Below are positions 10,042 through 20,000 of a stretch of 64,000 nt of DNA, one piece after another. Location: contig JBAYJM010000002.1 of NCBI GenBank assembly GCA_041665065.1, positions 19,796 to 83,795 on the forward strand. Direction: 5' to 3'. The notes under the pieces were generated by a model. The model had not been told where the DNA came from, did no database searches, and was given only the letters and a program-made list of their open reading frames with translations. Made by a program: the position numbers and the translations under genes. Source of the DNA: Candidatus Buchananbacteria bacterium. GTDB lineage: Bacteria; Patescibacteriota; Patescibacteriia; 2-01-FULL-39-33. Positions within the stretch are counted from its first letter, which is position 1. Each line of letters starts with the position of its first letter.

Positions 10042-10497
10042 ATGGAAACTAAAACCGGTACCATTCATCTCACCCGAGATGGAATACAAGAGCTGATTCC
10101 CCATCGGGATGACGCTCTGCTTATTGACAATGCGGCCGTAGATCCGGAAACGAACACGGCCACAAGCATCTGGACGGCAATTGGTGTGCTTGGACATTAC
10201 CCTGACATGCCACTAACTCCAGGGCACATCACAGACGAGGCATTGGCACTACTCTGTGGAGTTTTGTATAAGCAATGCCATCCCGACACTCAAGGAAAGC
10301 CAGTACTGTTCTCCAAAGAAATGCGGTACTGGCGACCGATAACGCCGGGACAAACCGTAACGCTGAATGCAAAGTATGTGGGCCTAGGCCGTGGTGGTGC
10401 GGTTCTTATATTTGACGTCAAGGCCACCATCCTGGTAAATGGGCGGGAGAAAGATGCCGTCATAGGAACAATCAGCGCCTGCATAGTATCTGCCTAG
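10042..10497 (+). CDS. FabZ/FabA-like hotdog-fold dehydratase
   Basis: IQELIPHR..LLID and GHYPDMPLTPG...EALA; promoter TTGAAA-17-TATAAT at 9967-9995. Confidence 0.75.
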   Translation: METKTGTIHLTRDGIQELIPHRDDALLIDNAAVDPETNTATSIWTAIGVLGHYPDMPLTPGHITDEALALLCGVLYKQCHPDTQGKPVLFSKEMRYWRPITPGQTVTLNAKYVGLGRGGAVLIFDVKATILVNGREKDAVIGTISACIVSA

Positions 10498-10610
10498 CAT
10501 TATGGCCAATTGTTATCACATTAAACAGGTCTCTCAAACGTGGAGGATTGAGGGCCTATTTTTTTTGCAAAAAAAAGCCGCCCCAAAGGGGCGGACTTTA
10601 AAAAAATAGA

Positions 10611-11021
10611 CTAGGTAGCATTACTAATTCCCTGGCCGATTATAACATCAAATACAAATTGAGTTATGGCAAAAGCCAAGAAAATTACAATCACCGCAAT
10701 AATTCCTTGAATAATTATCGCTTTAGCCTTTTTTATCTTGGTCTCATCACCCTGGGCAAGCAACCAAAGGAAACCGGCGTAGATTATAAATAGAATAAAT
10801 ACTACAGCCAAAAATCCTAACACTACAATAATAATATTGCCAATGGTATCTATCAATGGCTTATCTCCTAAATTTCCGGTAGTGCCCAAACCAGTATTAG
10901 TGAGATTAATATTGACTTGCTCCTGAATGGTGGCAGATGTTACCATCGGCACCGCCAAGAATGCCATCAAAACCAAAGACGTGACAATGGTTTTGTAGTT
11001 TCTTAAAAAAAAGTTTTTCAT
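10611..11021 (-). CDS. VirB2/TrbC-like pilin (CPR type)
   Basis: Signal peptide plus two TM helices with 'YAGFLWLLAQGDETKIKKAK'. Confidence 0.85.
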   Translation of the reverse strand: MKNFFLRNYKTIVTSLVLMAFLAVPMVTSATIQEQVNINLTNTGLGTTGNLGDKPLIDTIGNIIIVVLGFLAVVFILFIIYAGFLWLLAQGDETKIKKAKAIIIQGIIAVIVIFLAFAITQFVFDVIIGQGISNAT

Positions 11022-11066
11022 AGTTTTTTTAATTTTTTTATTTAAATGAATTTGATTTTGATATTA

Positions 11067-11450
11067 TTATCTGCCAACCTTATTGAATAAAACACTAAAA
11101 AAGAAAAAGTAAGTAATGCCATAAGACAAGAACATTATGACAACGCCGGCAGTAGACCAAATGAGAAGATCCTTTGCCTTTTTAATCTTAGTGGTCTCGC
11201 CCTGAGCTAAGAGCCACAGCAATCCAGCATAAACCACTAAAATCAGAAAAATAATGGCAACGGCTCCCAGGATACCCATAATAATTGTTCCGGTCAAAGT
11301 AGAAAAATTACCCTCCAAGCCTATTGCTTTTCCGGTTGCTTCTAACTTTGTCCGAGGGCTTGCGGCAGAGCAAAAAGAGCCGATACTCATCATAGACATA
11401 AATAAGGCTATGGCCGAAACGTTTATTATTTTACTTACTTTGTTTTTCAT
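11067..11450 (-). CDS. VirB2/TrbC-like pilin
   Basis: 'YAGLLWLLAQGETTKIKKAK' motif. Confidence 0.85.
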   Translation of the reverse strand: MKNKVSKIINVSAIALFMSMMSIGSFCSAASPRTKLEATGKAIGLEGNFSTLTGTIIMGILGAVAIIFLILVVYAGLLWLLAQGETTKIKKAKDLLIWSTAGVVIMFLSYGITYFFFFSVLFNKVGR

Positions 11451-11491
11451 GTCTTTGAAGAAGGGAGGGGAAATCCCCTCCCTATAAACTG

Positions 11492-11899
11492 TTAGAATTT
11501 AATTGAACTGCCAGTTGCATTACTTAAGTTGTTTAAAACAAACATAGCGATAGCGACAGCGGCAAAAATAATGACTAAGCCGATAATTCCTGAGTAAATT
11601 AATTTTTTAGCCTTTTCAACTTTGGTATCATCACCCTGAGCGGTCATCCATTTGAAGCCGCCAAGAAGAATGATCAAAACGGCAACGATTCCCAAAAAGC
11701 TCAAGATAATATATACAATACTTCCAATTATATTAGGCAACTCTTGATTGGTTTGTATGCCTGCAGCATTTGTGAATTCACCTGTAATATCAGATCCATT
11801 TACAAGTTGAGCACTTGCGACAACAGGCAAGGCGACCATAGCTAGAAGCGCTAAAGATATAATAAAAGCGCCGATTTTTTTGCTGGTAATTTTTTTCAT
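11492..11899 (-). CDS. VirB2/TrbC-like pilin (probably the major one)
   Basis: 'GGFKWMTAQGDDTKVEKAK'; strong RBS AAGGGGGTGA and own hairpin at ~11462-11484. Confidence 0.85.
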   Translation of the reverse strand: MKKITSKKIGAFIISLALLAMVALPVVASAQLVNGSDITGEFTNAAGIQTNQELPNIIGSIVYIILSFLGIVAVLIILLGGFKWMTAQGDDTKVEKAKKLIYSGIIGLVIIFAAVAIAMFVLNNLSNATGSSIKF

Positions 11900-11974
11900 T
11901 TCGTCACCCCCTTTCTGTATGGATTTTAATTATTTAATATAATAATTATACACTAACTTTTAAAATAGCCCAAA

Positions 11975-12310
11975 TTATTTGGCCGCAAAAGTATTAATCA
12001 TCAAGTTGACAATGGCATAGGAACTGAATATAATCAGCAATCCCATAAACGCCCAGATCATAACATTTTTCCCTTTTGTAACTTTATTTGAATCGCCAAG
12101 GGACGTGAGCCATAGAATACCACCATAGATAAAGGCAATCAAAGCCGCTACGCCAACTACGCCCAACACATACTGGATAATCCTAATTACGAGGGCATCA
12201 ATAGTACCATTCGTACCGGCACCGATTGGATTATCCAACTTAACTTGCGCTCCCACAAATGAGGGTATGGCGAAAATGATAAAATAGATTAATCGATAAT
12301 TTTTATTCAT
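11975..12310 (-). CDS. VirB2/TrbC-like pilin
   Basis: 'LDNPIG...YGGILWLTSLGDSNKVTKGK'. Confidence 0.85.
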   Translation of the reverse strand: MNKNYRLIYFIIFAIPSFVGAQVKLDNPIGAGTNGTIDALVIRIIQYVLGVVGVAALIAFIYGGILWLTSLGDSNKVTKGKNVMIWAFMGLLIIFSSYAIVNLMINTFAAK

Positions 12311-12327
12311 AACTTCAAATTATTTTT

Positions 12328-12990
12328 TTAATAAGGTGTTGGTAGAGTTAAATTGACATCGGCGTAGGGATCGTCAAGTTCCTCATTTAAATTTAAATCA
12401 AACGAATCACTCGTATCATACGGATCAGTGCGTGCCTCATCAAGTCCTCTATAGTACGAATCATTTTGGAATTTCTCTTTATCCGCACCAACTCTCACGT
12501 CTCCAGCACTTGGACACTTGGTCCAATCGCCATCCCCGCCGGCAAAGCTCGTTACAGTTTTGAATCCTCCATTTGTGGCTCCCACAGTTCCCGTAATGAT
12601 AGTATTAACAATTGTCCAAGCAATAAAAACAATAAATAAACCGATAAAGGCGTGTATCACCGATTGCTTGCCCATTTTCATCCTGTTTTCATTGCCCATG
12701 GCAGTTAATAAAATCACGCCTCCAAAAACAATCATTACCAAAGCAATTAACGCACTAAACTCGATTACCATATCTGAAACTTTGACAATGATGGCGACCG
12801 CGTCACAAAGCGTGCAATTGCCATTATTAATACAGGCGGCTGGCAGAACTTTTAGTAAATAATCACCACTATCGGCAGAAGCCGGAGTAGCAGCCGCAGG
12901 TGTAGCAGCAGCGGCAAAAACAAAAGAAGGCACAACCAAAACAACAGCCGAAGCGAATAAGATTATAAATGTAAGTTTTTTCAAAAACAT
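12328..12990 (-). CDS. VirB2/TrbC-like pilin with Cys-containing N-terminal and acidic C-terminal extensions
   Basis: 'CINNGNCTLCD...GGVILLTAMGNENRMKMGK'. Confidence 0.8.
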   Translation of the reverse strand: MFLKKLTFIILFASAVVLVVPSFVFAAAATPAAATPASADSGDYLLKVLPAACINNGNCTLCDAVAIIVKVSDMVIEFSALIALVMIVFGGVILLTAMGNENRMKMGKQSVIHAFIGLFIVFIAWTIVNTIITGTVGATNGGFKTVTSFAGGDGDWTKCPSAGDVRVGADKEKFQNDSYYRGLDEARTDPYDTSDSFDLNLNEELDDPYADVNLTLPTPY

Positions 12991-12993
12991 ATT

Positions 12994-14415
12994 TTAGTCG
13001 GAAGCGGGATTTGGATTATTATACGTCTGCCTTATTTTTTCCAAAGCCATATTAATTGATTCCATTTGCAACTTCTCATCAATAGCATCAATAAATTGAT
13101 TCGACATAGTTTTAAAAGCGCTTTCAGCTGCCAAAGGATCATACCCCCTATACCAATTCACGGCAGTCAGTGTTTGCAATGCCGCGGCGCGTAAATCCTC
13201 ATCTTCCAACTGTGTGCTAATTAACGATCTTACAGCAGCTGGTTTTTTAGTTTTGGTTAAATATTTTGAAGCCATATCGCCCTGGCTCATAAACAGCACA
13301 AAATCCCAGGCCTCATTATTGTGCTTGGATTTTTTAGCGACGGTCTGTATCCAATAATTCGCATAATTTTTAGGGGACTCGGAATTAAGCTGGGGAATCG
13401 GCGCAATGCCCAAATTTAATTTCGGCGATCTGGCCTTGATTGTTGCAAGATTAAAATTGTAACCGAAAGTCATAGCCACCTGGCCGGACATAAAAGCTTC
13501 AAGCGAATTGGGCATTTGGGAATTCCATGAATAAACATCTTTGCCGGGTATCGCAAAATCAGTGTAAAAAGTAATCGCATCGTAGCCGGGGTTGCTTTCT
13601 TTTCCGCTGATATAAAAAACTGGGTAGCTAGATTGATTGGCGGATATGGCATTGCTCTGAAGCATGAGCAAAGAAATTATGTCAAAAGCTCTATCTATAT
13701 TATTACCCGTTCCAAGAGCTGTTCCAGCCTGGATAATTTTTGGCGTGCCACTGGCGGTTGTTCCAAGCCTGGTTATTTTTTTAACATTGTCCTGAAATTC
13801 TTTCCAAGTTGACGGCGGACTGACAATGCCAGCGTTATTTAAAATATCTTTATTATAAAAAAGAATCATCGTGTCAACACTCAAAGGCAAGCCGTAAATC
13901 TTGCCGTCCATTACCACATTATTACTAACAACTTCCGGGAAGCCGTCTTTTAACTGCCTTAAAGTTACCGTTGGACTGGTTTTAAGTTCAGTAATGGTTT
14001 CTTTTTTAAGCGCACCCTTTTCATAAACATAGGCCATGGTTATTTTGTCGGGCATCGGCTCAATCTTGCTTTTGTATTTTACCATCCAGCTGGCCGGTAT
14101 TGAATAAATATCCGGTCCCCTGTCTTCCGCCCAAGCATCCAATAATTGCTGTTCGTATTCCTCAAACCTGAACTTCCGATATTTGATTTCAATATTGGGA
14201 TGAACTGCCTGGTATGCTGCAATAATTTCATCATAGGCATCCTGATCATCATAAACGCTCCAAAAATTCAAAGTGATTGGTTGCATTTTTTCTTTGACTT
14301 GGGCGCTTTGCAATTTACAGCCGAAACCTGAGGACAAAATAAAAGCCAAAACCAAAAGCAGGTTTATTGGCGCTATGATTTTTTTGAATTTTGGATTAAG
14401 CATTGGTTCTGTCAT
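12994..14415 (-). CDS. Extracellular solute-binding (family 1-like) lipoprotein
   Basis: Lipobox-like SGFGC, GPDI, YGLPLSVD..LFYNKD, P.TW.EF; start may be 14403. Confidence 0.85.
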   Translation of the reverse strand: MTEPMLNPKFKKIIAPINLLLVLAFILSSGFGCKLQSAQVKEKMQPITLNFWSVYDDQDAYDEIIAAYQAVHPNIEIKYRKFRFEEYEQQLLDAWAEDRGPDIYSIPASWMVKYKSKIEPMPDKITMAYVYEKGALKKETITELKTSPTVTLRQLKDGFPEVVSNNVVMDGKIYGLPLSVDTMILFYNKDILNNAGIVSPPSTWKEFQDNVKKITRLGTTASGTPKIIQAGTALGTGNNIDRAFDIISLLMLQSNAISANQSSYPVFYISGKESNPGYDAITFYTDFAIPGKDVYSWNSQMPNSLEAFMSGQVAMTFGYNFNLATIKARSPKLNLGIAPIPQLNSESPKNYANYWIQTVAKKSKHNNEAWDFVLFMSQGDMASKYLTKTKKPAAVRSLISTQLEDEDLRAAALQTLTAVNWYRGYDPLAAESAFKTMSNQFIDAIDEKLQMESINMALEKIRQTYNNPNPASD

Positions 14416-14512
14416 CCTGAACTTATTTGTTGTCTTTGATCCTCTTTGTCATCCCTAGCCCTCTATATTATTTGTCATCCTGGCAAATGCCAGGATCCAT
14501 TCCTCGTCATTT
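14410..14512. repeat. Degenerate REP/RPE-like palindromic repeats
   Basis: TGTCATCC at 14410, 14447 and 14473; the third is a full hairpin TGTCATCCTGGC-AAAT-GCCAGGATCCA. Confidence 0.5.
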
Positions 14513-14876
14513 CAATGAATCCAGGTTCATTATTATAAAGAATTTTTGTGAAAATATTATCCACAGATGAGTTTATTATAACACATTTATATATCAATAA
14601 GAAAAGCGTTTTGTAAAATTAAAATTTTGTATCAAGTTTTTTAAAAATAATCTTTTATAATTTATTTTAAAGTTAAATTTTGCAATAAAGACCATGGGAA
14701 AAAATTTGAATTAAAAACGATCAAATATTTTTTGCAAATCTTAACTTTATTTATTATAAATAGGTTATTTCTGGTATTTCCCCCAAATTTAGGCATTAAA
14801 ATGGTTATAAACATAAATCAATAATTTATTTTAATCTAAATTTAGCTCATATAATGGAACTTCAAGGCCACATCTA

Positions 14877-14905
14877 TTGACAAATATTATCAAGTGTGAT
14901 ATAAT
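14877..14905 (+). promoter_or_regulatory. Consensus sigma70 promoter
   Basis: TTGACA-17-TATAAT. Confidence 0.7.
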
Positions 14906-15012
14906 AGTCTATTCAGAGTGAGCTATGACTCGCTGTGAATTTGTACTATAAATCTAGGAAAAACCCTTTGGCTAGCTCATGCTAGTTAGAAGGAGAAACT
15001 ATACACAATGGG

Positions 15013-16374
15013 ATGAGCTTTGGCCATTACGGCCATAAGCAGAGAAGGAGAAGACTGATGTCAGGTATTGCCCCGAATAGTGGCGCCCCTGAGGCGCCTG
15101 AAGTAACGAATGGCGGCACGGAGCCGCAAACGAATACGAATGAAGGCGCGCAAGTACAGCCGCCTAACGGGGGACGTCCGCCGGTGATGTTAGACGCCAA
15201 TCTAAACCCGGTCGGAAAGCTGCCGCCGCAGGATGATGAGACGACGACACAGACCGCGACCGAACGGACTCCGCCGGCTACCCAGCAACTCTGGCGTGAT
15301 TCGCCGCCGCCGATTACGAGGCCAACCTCCAGATGGACATTCTGGAAGGACAGGCCAGACGGGACGACTCGACCCAGGCAACGGCGGGACGACAACGTCA
15401 TCGTCAGTATGGACGACTATCCGGCCACCGAGCCGGCGCCGACCTCCTTGCTGGCCAAGCTCGGCATGCTTGCCATCGGTTTGGTCATCGCGCTGGGCCT
15501 GGCATGGCTCGCGATGGCGTTTTGGCCGAAAAGCAACGACGACCTCGAGACCAGATTGAAGAACATGACCAACCAGGACAAGGTCGCGGCGGTATTCCAG
15601 GGCAAAGAGCTCACCAAGCAGACCCTCGGCGACATGCTCGATGGCATCGTCCAGAACGACAAAATCGCAGCCGTCGGCATCGATAAGGATGGCAAGCCGG
15701 TCAACCTGACGAAAGAGGCCGTCGGCGACGGACTCAAGGCACTCGGGATCAACATTGCAACCGCACAAAAGCAACTGGACGAGTTGGTCCATCCCGAAAC
15801 GGGTCGGGTAACGTTGGCCGAGAATGAAATCAAAACCATCAAGGACGCGCGCGCCCTAGAAGCCACTGCGTTACAACAGGACTTCAAAACGGTACAGGAC
15901 AAGTTCGACGCCATCGACAAAAGGTTCGACAGGCTGGCAAAGAGCCAGAAAACCAAGCCAGCGCCGGCGATAACCGTCAGCAAGGTCAAGGTGGACACGC
16001 CTGCGCCGACTCCGACTCCTGCGCCGATACCCGCGCCTACTGTTCAGGCAAAGCAACTGGGACCGGTAGTCGAAGGCCTCAACGGAACGCCGACAGCGCC
16101 GGTCACCACGACCGTCGCTACGCCGGCCCCAACGGTACCCGCGGCTTACGATCCCTACGACTCGGCCAATATCGCGGCCGAGGTGAGGGTGGCCAAAAAC
16201 CATCCCAAACTCACCCCCGAAGAGGTCCAAGCAACGGTAATGGCGATGGATCCGGCTACCAAAGCCGAGATCCTCCGCGACCAAGCGGAAAGAGCCGAAG
16301 ACGCCAAACAGCGTCTCGGTAGCCAGCACCGTCGCGGACTCCTCGGGATTGGTAAGGAGAACAAAGATCGGTAA
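15013..16374 (+). CDS. High-GC single-TM protein with Pro/Thr-rich linkers and a coiled coil
   Basis: TM helix LGMLAIGLVIALGLAWLAMAFW; PAPTPTPAP tracts; start at 15013 or 15058 (each preceded by AGAAGGAGAA). Confidence 0.7.
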   Translation: MSFGHYGHKQRRRRLMSGIAPNSGAPEAPEVTNGGTEPQTNTNEGAQVQPPNGGRPPVMLDANLNPVGKLPPQDDETTTQTATERTPPATQQLWRDSPPPITRPTSRWTFWKDRPDGTTRPRQRRDDNVIVSMDDYPATEPAPTSLLAKLGMLAIGLVIALGLAWLAMAFWPKSNDDLETRLKNMTNQDKVAAVFQGKELTKQTLGDMLDGIVQNDKIAAVGIDKDGKPVNLTKEAVGDGLKALGINIATAQKQLDELVHPETGRVTLAENEIKTIKDARALEATALQQDFKTVQDKFDAIDKRFDRLAKSQKTKPAPAITVSKVKVDTPAPTPTPAPIPAPTVQAKQLGPVVEGLNGTPTAPVTTTVATPAPTVPAAYDPYDSANIAAEVRVAKNHPKLTPEEVQATVMAMDPATKAEILRDQAERAEDAKQRLGSQHRRGLLGIGKENKDR

Positions 16375-16559
16375 CGACCGGTCTCTCTGAACCGCCCCCA
16401 CCCTCTGGGCCCTACAATCTGTAACAGGAATGTAGGGCTCAGAGGGGATTTTTTTTGGCCAAAAACTTACATTATCAAATAAATACAATCATCGGCTAAC
16501 GCCGTTTTTTTGTTTTTATAAAATATGGTATAATAATTTCATAAATTAAACTAAAAAAT

Positions 16560-16874
16560 ATGTCTCAAGAAATGAACCATCAGGTCAAAGTATTTATTGA
16601 CATGCTTATTGAAGAAAAAAAATTCCAAAATCTCAGCCCGGAACTGCGGGAAGACATCTTTAATGATTTGTATGCCAAGTTGAATCTTTATATAGTAACC
16701 GCCCTTACAAAATATCTTGAGGAAGCTGATGTCAAAAGATTAGAAGCGATGGAGCGCACTGATGACTATTCACCTGAAAAGATCCAAAAATTATTAGCCG
16801 ACAGAATTCCTAATGCCAGCGAGATAATTGCTCAAGCCATGCTTGAATTCAGAGCTATTTATCTAAATTCTTAA
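16560..16874 (+). CDS. CPR small acidic helical protein (DUF5663-like)
   Basis: 'FIDMLIEEK...L..KLN...IPN..EII..A..EFR..YL' pattern. Confidence 0.65.
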   Translation: MSQEMNHQVKVFIDMLIEEKKFQNLSPELREDIFNDLYAKLNLYIVTALTKYLEEADVKRLEAMERTDDYSPEKIQKLLADRIPNASEIIAQAMLEFRAIYLNS

Positions 16875-16879
16875 ATATT

Positions 16880-17053
16880 ATGCCAACAAAATCCAATAAT
16901 TTGACTCGAGTAAAAACCCCCGAGCAAGTTTATGCTGATTTTCAAAAGAAACTTCAAAAAGTTATGAAGGATTTTTATGTTCAATTAGATGAGATCAAAA
17001 AAGAAATAGAGGAATATAAAATAGAATATATTTTAAAAAAAATTAAGAAATAA
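16880..17053 (+). CDS. 57-aa coiled-coil small protein (unannotated)
   Basis: MPTKSNNLTRVKTPEQVYADFQKKLQKVMKDFYVQLDEIKKEIEEYKIEYILKKIKK*; 5-nt gaps to both neighbours. Confidence 0.7.
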   Translation: MPTKSNNLTRVKTPEQVYADFQKKLQKVMKDFYVQLDEIKKEIEEYKIEYILKKIKK

Positions 17054-17058
17054 AATAT

Positions 17059-20000
17059 ATGGCAAGAAAAAGCGAGTCTAAGCAAAATAAAGATCTAACA
17101 ATGCAAAATTACGAGAAGGAATCTGACAAAAAAATTAGAGAAAAATTTTGGTCGTCAGATTTTCAAAAAAAAGCAATTGAAGACAGAGATGGGGCAATTT
17201 CTGAAATGAATCAAACTATCAATGAAGAAGTTACCAAAGTCGAGATGTCTGATGATCTGACTGAAGATATGAAAAAGAAACTAATTAAAAAGCTAGTTTC
17301 CCATAAAAAAGCTTTTTTACAGGATATAAATGAAATTGAATTTTCAAATAATAATGAGGATAACGATTTTTCACAAGGGACTGATTACCCCCAAGAAGAT
17401 ACCACAGACATGAATCAACCTGATGAAGACTTGGATCATTTATATAATAGAGAAAAATCCTCCGGCTATAAGGACGGTAAAAGCAAAGATAAAACGGAAA
17501 AACAAGAAAATGCCGAACTAAATTTTAAAGATTTCAGAAAAAAAATAAAACTAGTAGCTGAACAAGCTGAAAGCAAAATTAACACCAAAGAATACAAAAC
17601 ACAATTAAAGAACGATAGAGACTCAGCAATTACGGAAATTAATTTACCGTTCAATGAAATTATAGATCAAATAGAAAATTCAGATCTTGGCGAAGGAGAG
17701 AAAGAAGTTTTGCTCGAGACCATATCAGCTCACAAAAGAAGGCTTTTAAAATTAATCAATAATCTTGAAACGGAAGCTGAAAATCCAGAAACAATTTCCC
17801 CTGACCAGAATAAAGATGGCCATCCAGACGATCAAGAACGCCATCCCACCGAGATTGATCAAAAGGGAGTAGACGCTCAACGAATTGAAGAAATAACAAA
17901 ACAAATAAACGAAGAAACCGGACCCGTTTCTCCTGAAACAGCAACACAAAAAGGCAAAGAAACTGTCTATCTTATTGATATTGGTAAGGTTGTTGAAGCC
18001 ATGGCCCTAAGAGAAGCTGAAAAAAGATTAGAAGAATATAAAAATGGTAAAAAGGGAATTTTAAGAAAATTATATACCAGGATGGCAGAAAAGCAATTCC
18101 TGTCAAAATTTTATCATGAAGCTTTAATGGCCATTAGACAAAACAGAAATTTGATGGCGGAAATTGAAACGCGTATTCTGGCCAAAAGCACTGATACTGG
18201 CATAGCTGATAAGAGCAAATCCTGGGAACATATTGACAATATTATTAATCAATTTAAAGAGGATCTAGTTGAAGAAAATGAAAAGGGTACTACAATGTCT
18301 GACACTGAGGTAAATAACGAAGTATCTTTGCTTGTAAGAAGATATGCCCTTGGACTCATGAGTAGAGATGACTTTGATCGAGAAGTTGAGAAGAAGGTTG
18401 TTAAAAAAATAAAAGATAAAGGCGGACATTTTTCCGATGACCACTCTTTTGAGGCGCAAGGCGAATCAACATATGTCAGCAATCTTGCTTCCATGGCTGA
18501 AAAGTACAAGACAGACAATGAAAAAATTATAAAGGAATTAACGGAAAAGTACGGCGAGGATCAAAAAGAAAACATCGCCAGATTATTGCCGTTTGAGATG
18601 GATTTTCAAATTCAACTAGGTACCAAACAAAAAGACTTAGTAGAAACAAAACCGCAAGGCGTATTAAAATGGTATGAGAGATTTGTTGATTGGACACAAA
18701 ATCCAAACCTTGGCTTAGATTCTAATGATCCAAGATATAGCAAAAAAAGAGCCTTACTGAGCACTGTATTAGCTAATCCCCTAACTTATGCTCTTATTCC
18801 GGTAGGAATAGCTGCGGGAGCATCTTTGTTTTCCAAAAGGACAGCAAAATATGCTCTTGCCGGAGGAATAGGGATTGCGACGGGCGGAGGCGCTTTGGCT
18901 GCAGTTGGCGCTGCAGGTATTCTTGGTGGAGCTTACGCAGCTTTTAGAAGATCAAAGCATGATCAAGATGATAGAGGCATGGACTTAAGGCGAAGGGCAC
19001 TGGGAGCTGAATCTGGCGGAAAGAAAACAGACATAATAAGGGAGTTTGCATATAGCTTAATGAATATTGAAGATACCATAGAAGAGCTTGATTCATTGGA
19101 TTTGACAAGTCCAACAGAAGTCCAAAGAGCAAAAGAAATACTACAAAATTTTTATGCTAGGAAAGAGTTAAGCAATGATCCAAAAGAAGACAAACAATTT
19201 AAAGTTGATCTTTTCAGTATCAGCGGAGAAGAAGGCGCAAACAGAAAAAGCAATATAGCGCAGATGACCGCCCTGAAAAGAAAAGTTAAACAGATCGAAA
19301 CCGCTTTGGGCGTTAAACGGTCAGATTTCGATGCGGATATTGATAGCATTAAATCCACACTTAGAACCGAAATTCAAAAAAAGGATAAAGAGTTTGATTC
19401 TTTCAGAAAAAAACAGATGTGGAAAGCGGGACTTATGGGTGGCGCCATGGGTCTAGTATTTGGCGAAATCGGATTGGAATCAGTCAATGGTATAAAACAC
19501 TTAATGGGAACCGAACACGCTTCAACAACGCCTGTCGAATATTTGCTTGGACTGGTAGCCAGACACCATGAAGCACCTGCTCCTAGTCTAGTTGACATGA
19601 GCATTCCAGGTGGAAAGATCAGAGTGCCCGAAAATATGCCTGAAAATGTAAAATCGATTTTGCCTCGCCTCTTTGATGCAGAGGGGCATTTAACCTCTGA
19701 TGGAGAAGGGATATTGCGCGGCGAGGGCTTTGATTTAAATACGGTTGGAGGCGGACCTGGCGTGGCACACGAAGTGGCTCCTTCAGAATATTTTAAGGGC
19801 TTAGATTATGGCAAACATCTGAGAGAAGATTGGCATGATGAAGCTGGCAAAAAATTCAGCTCAATATTTGGAAAAGCAATCCAATTCGAGGGCAAACAAC
19901 AAATGCTTCACTTGGGCCATGACCAGGCAGGCGGAGCTTTTATGGACGTCGCTGGTGTATTAAAAAATCTTGGCAAAAACTTAGACGGCGCCTTTGAAAA

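Noticed and set aside
15027-16488. Many overlapping ORFs in alternative frames
   Set aside because: Expected from the high GC content (few stops); only the 453-aa frame has an RBS and coherent architecture.
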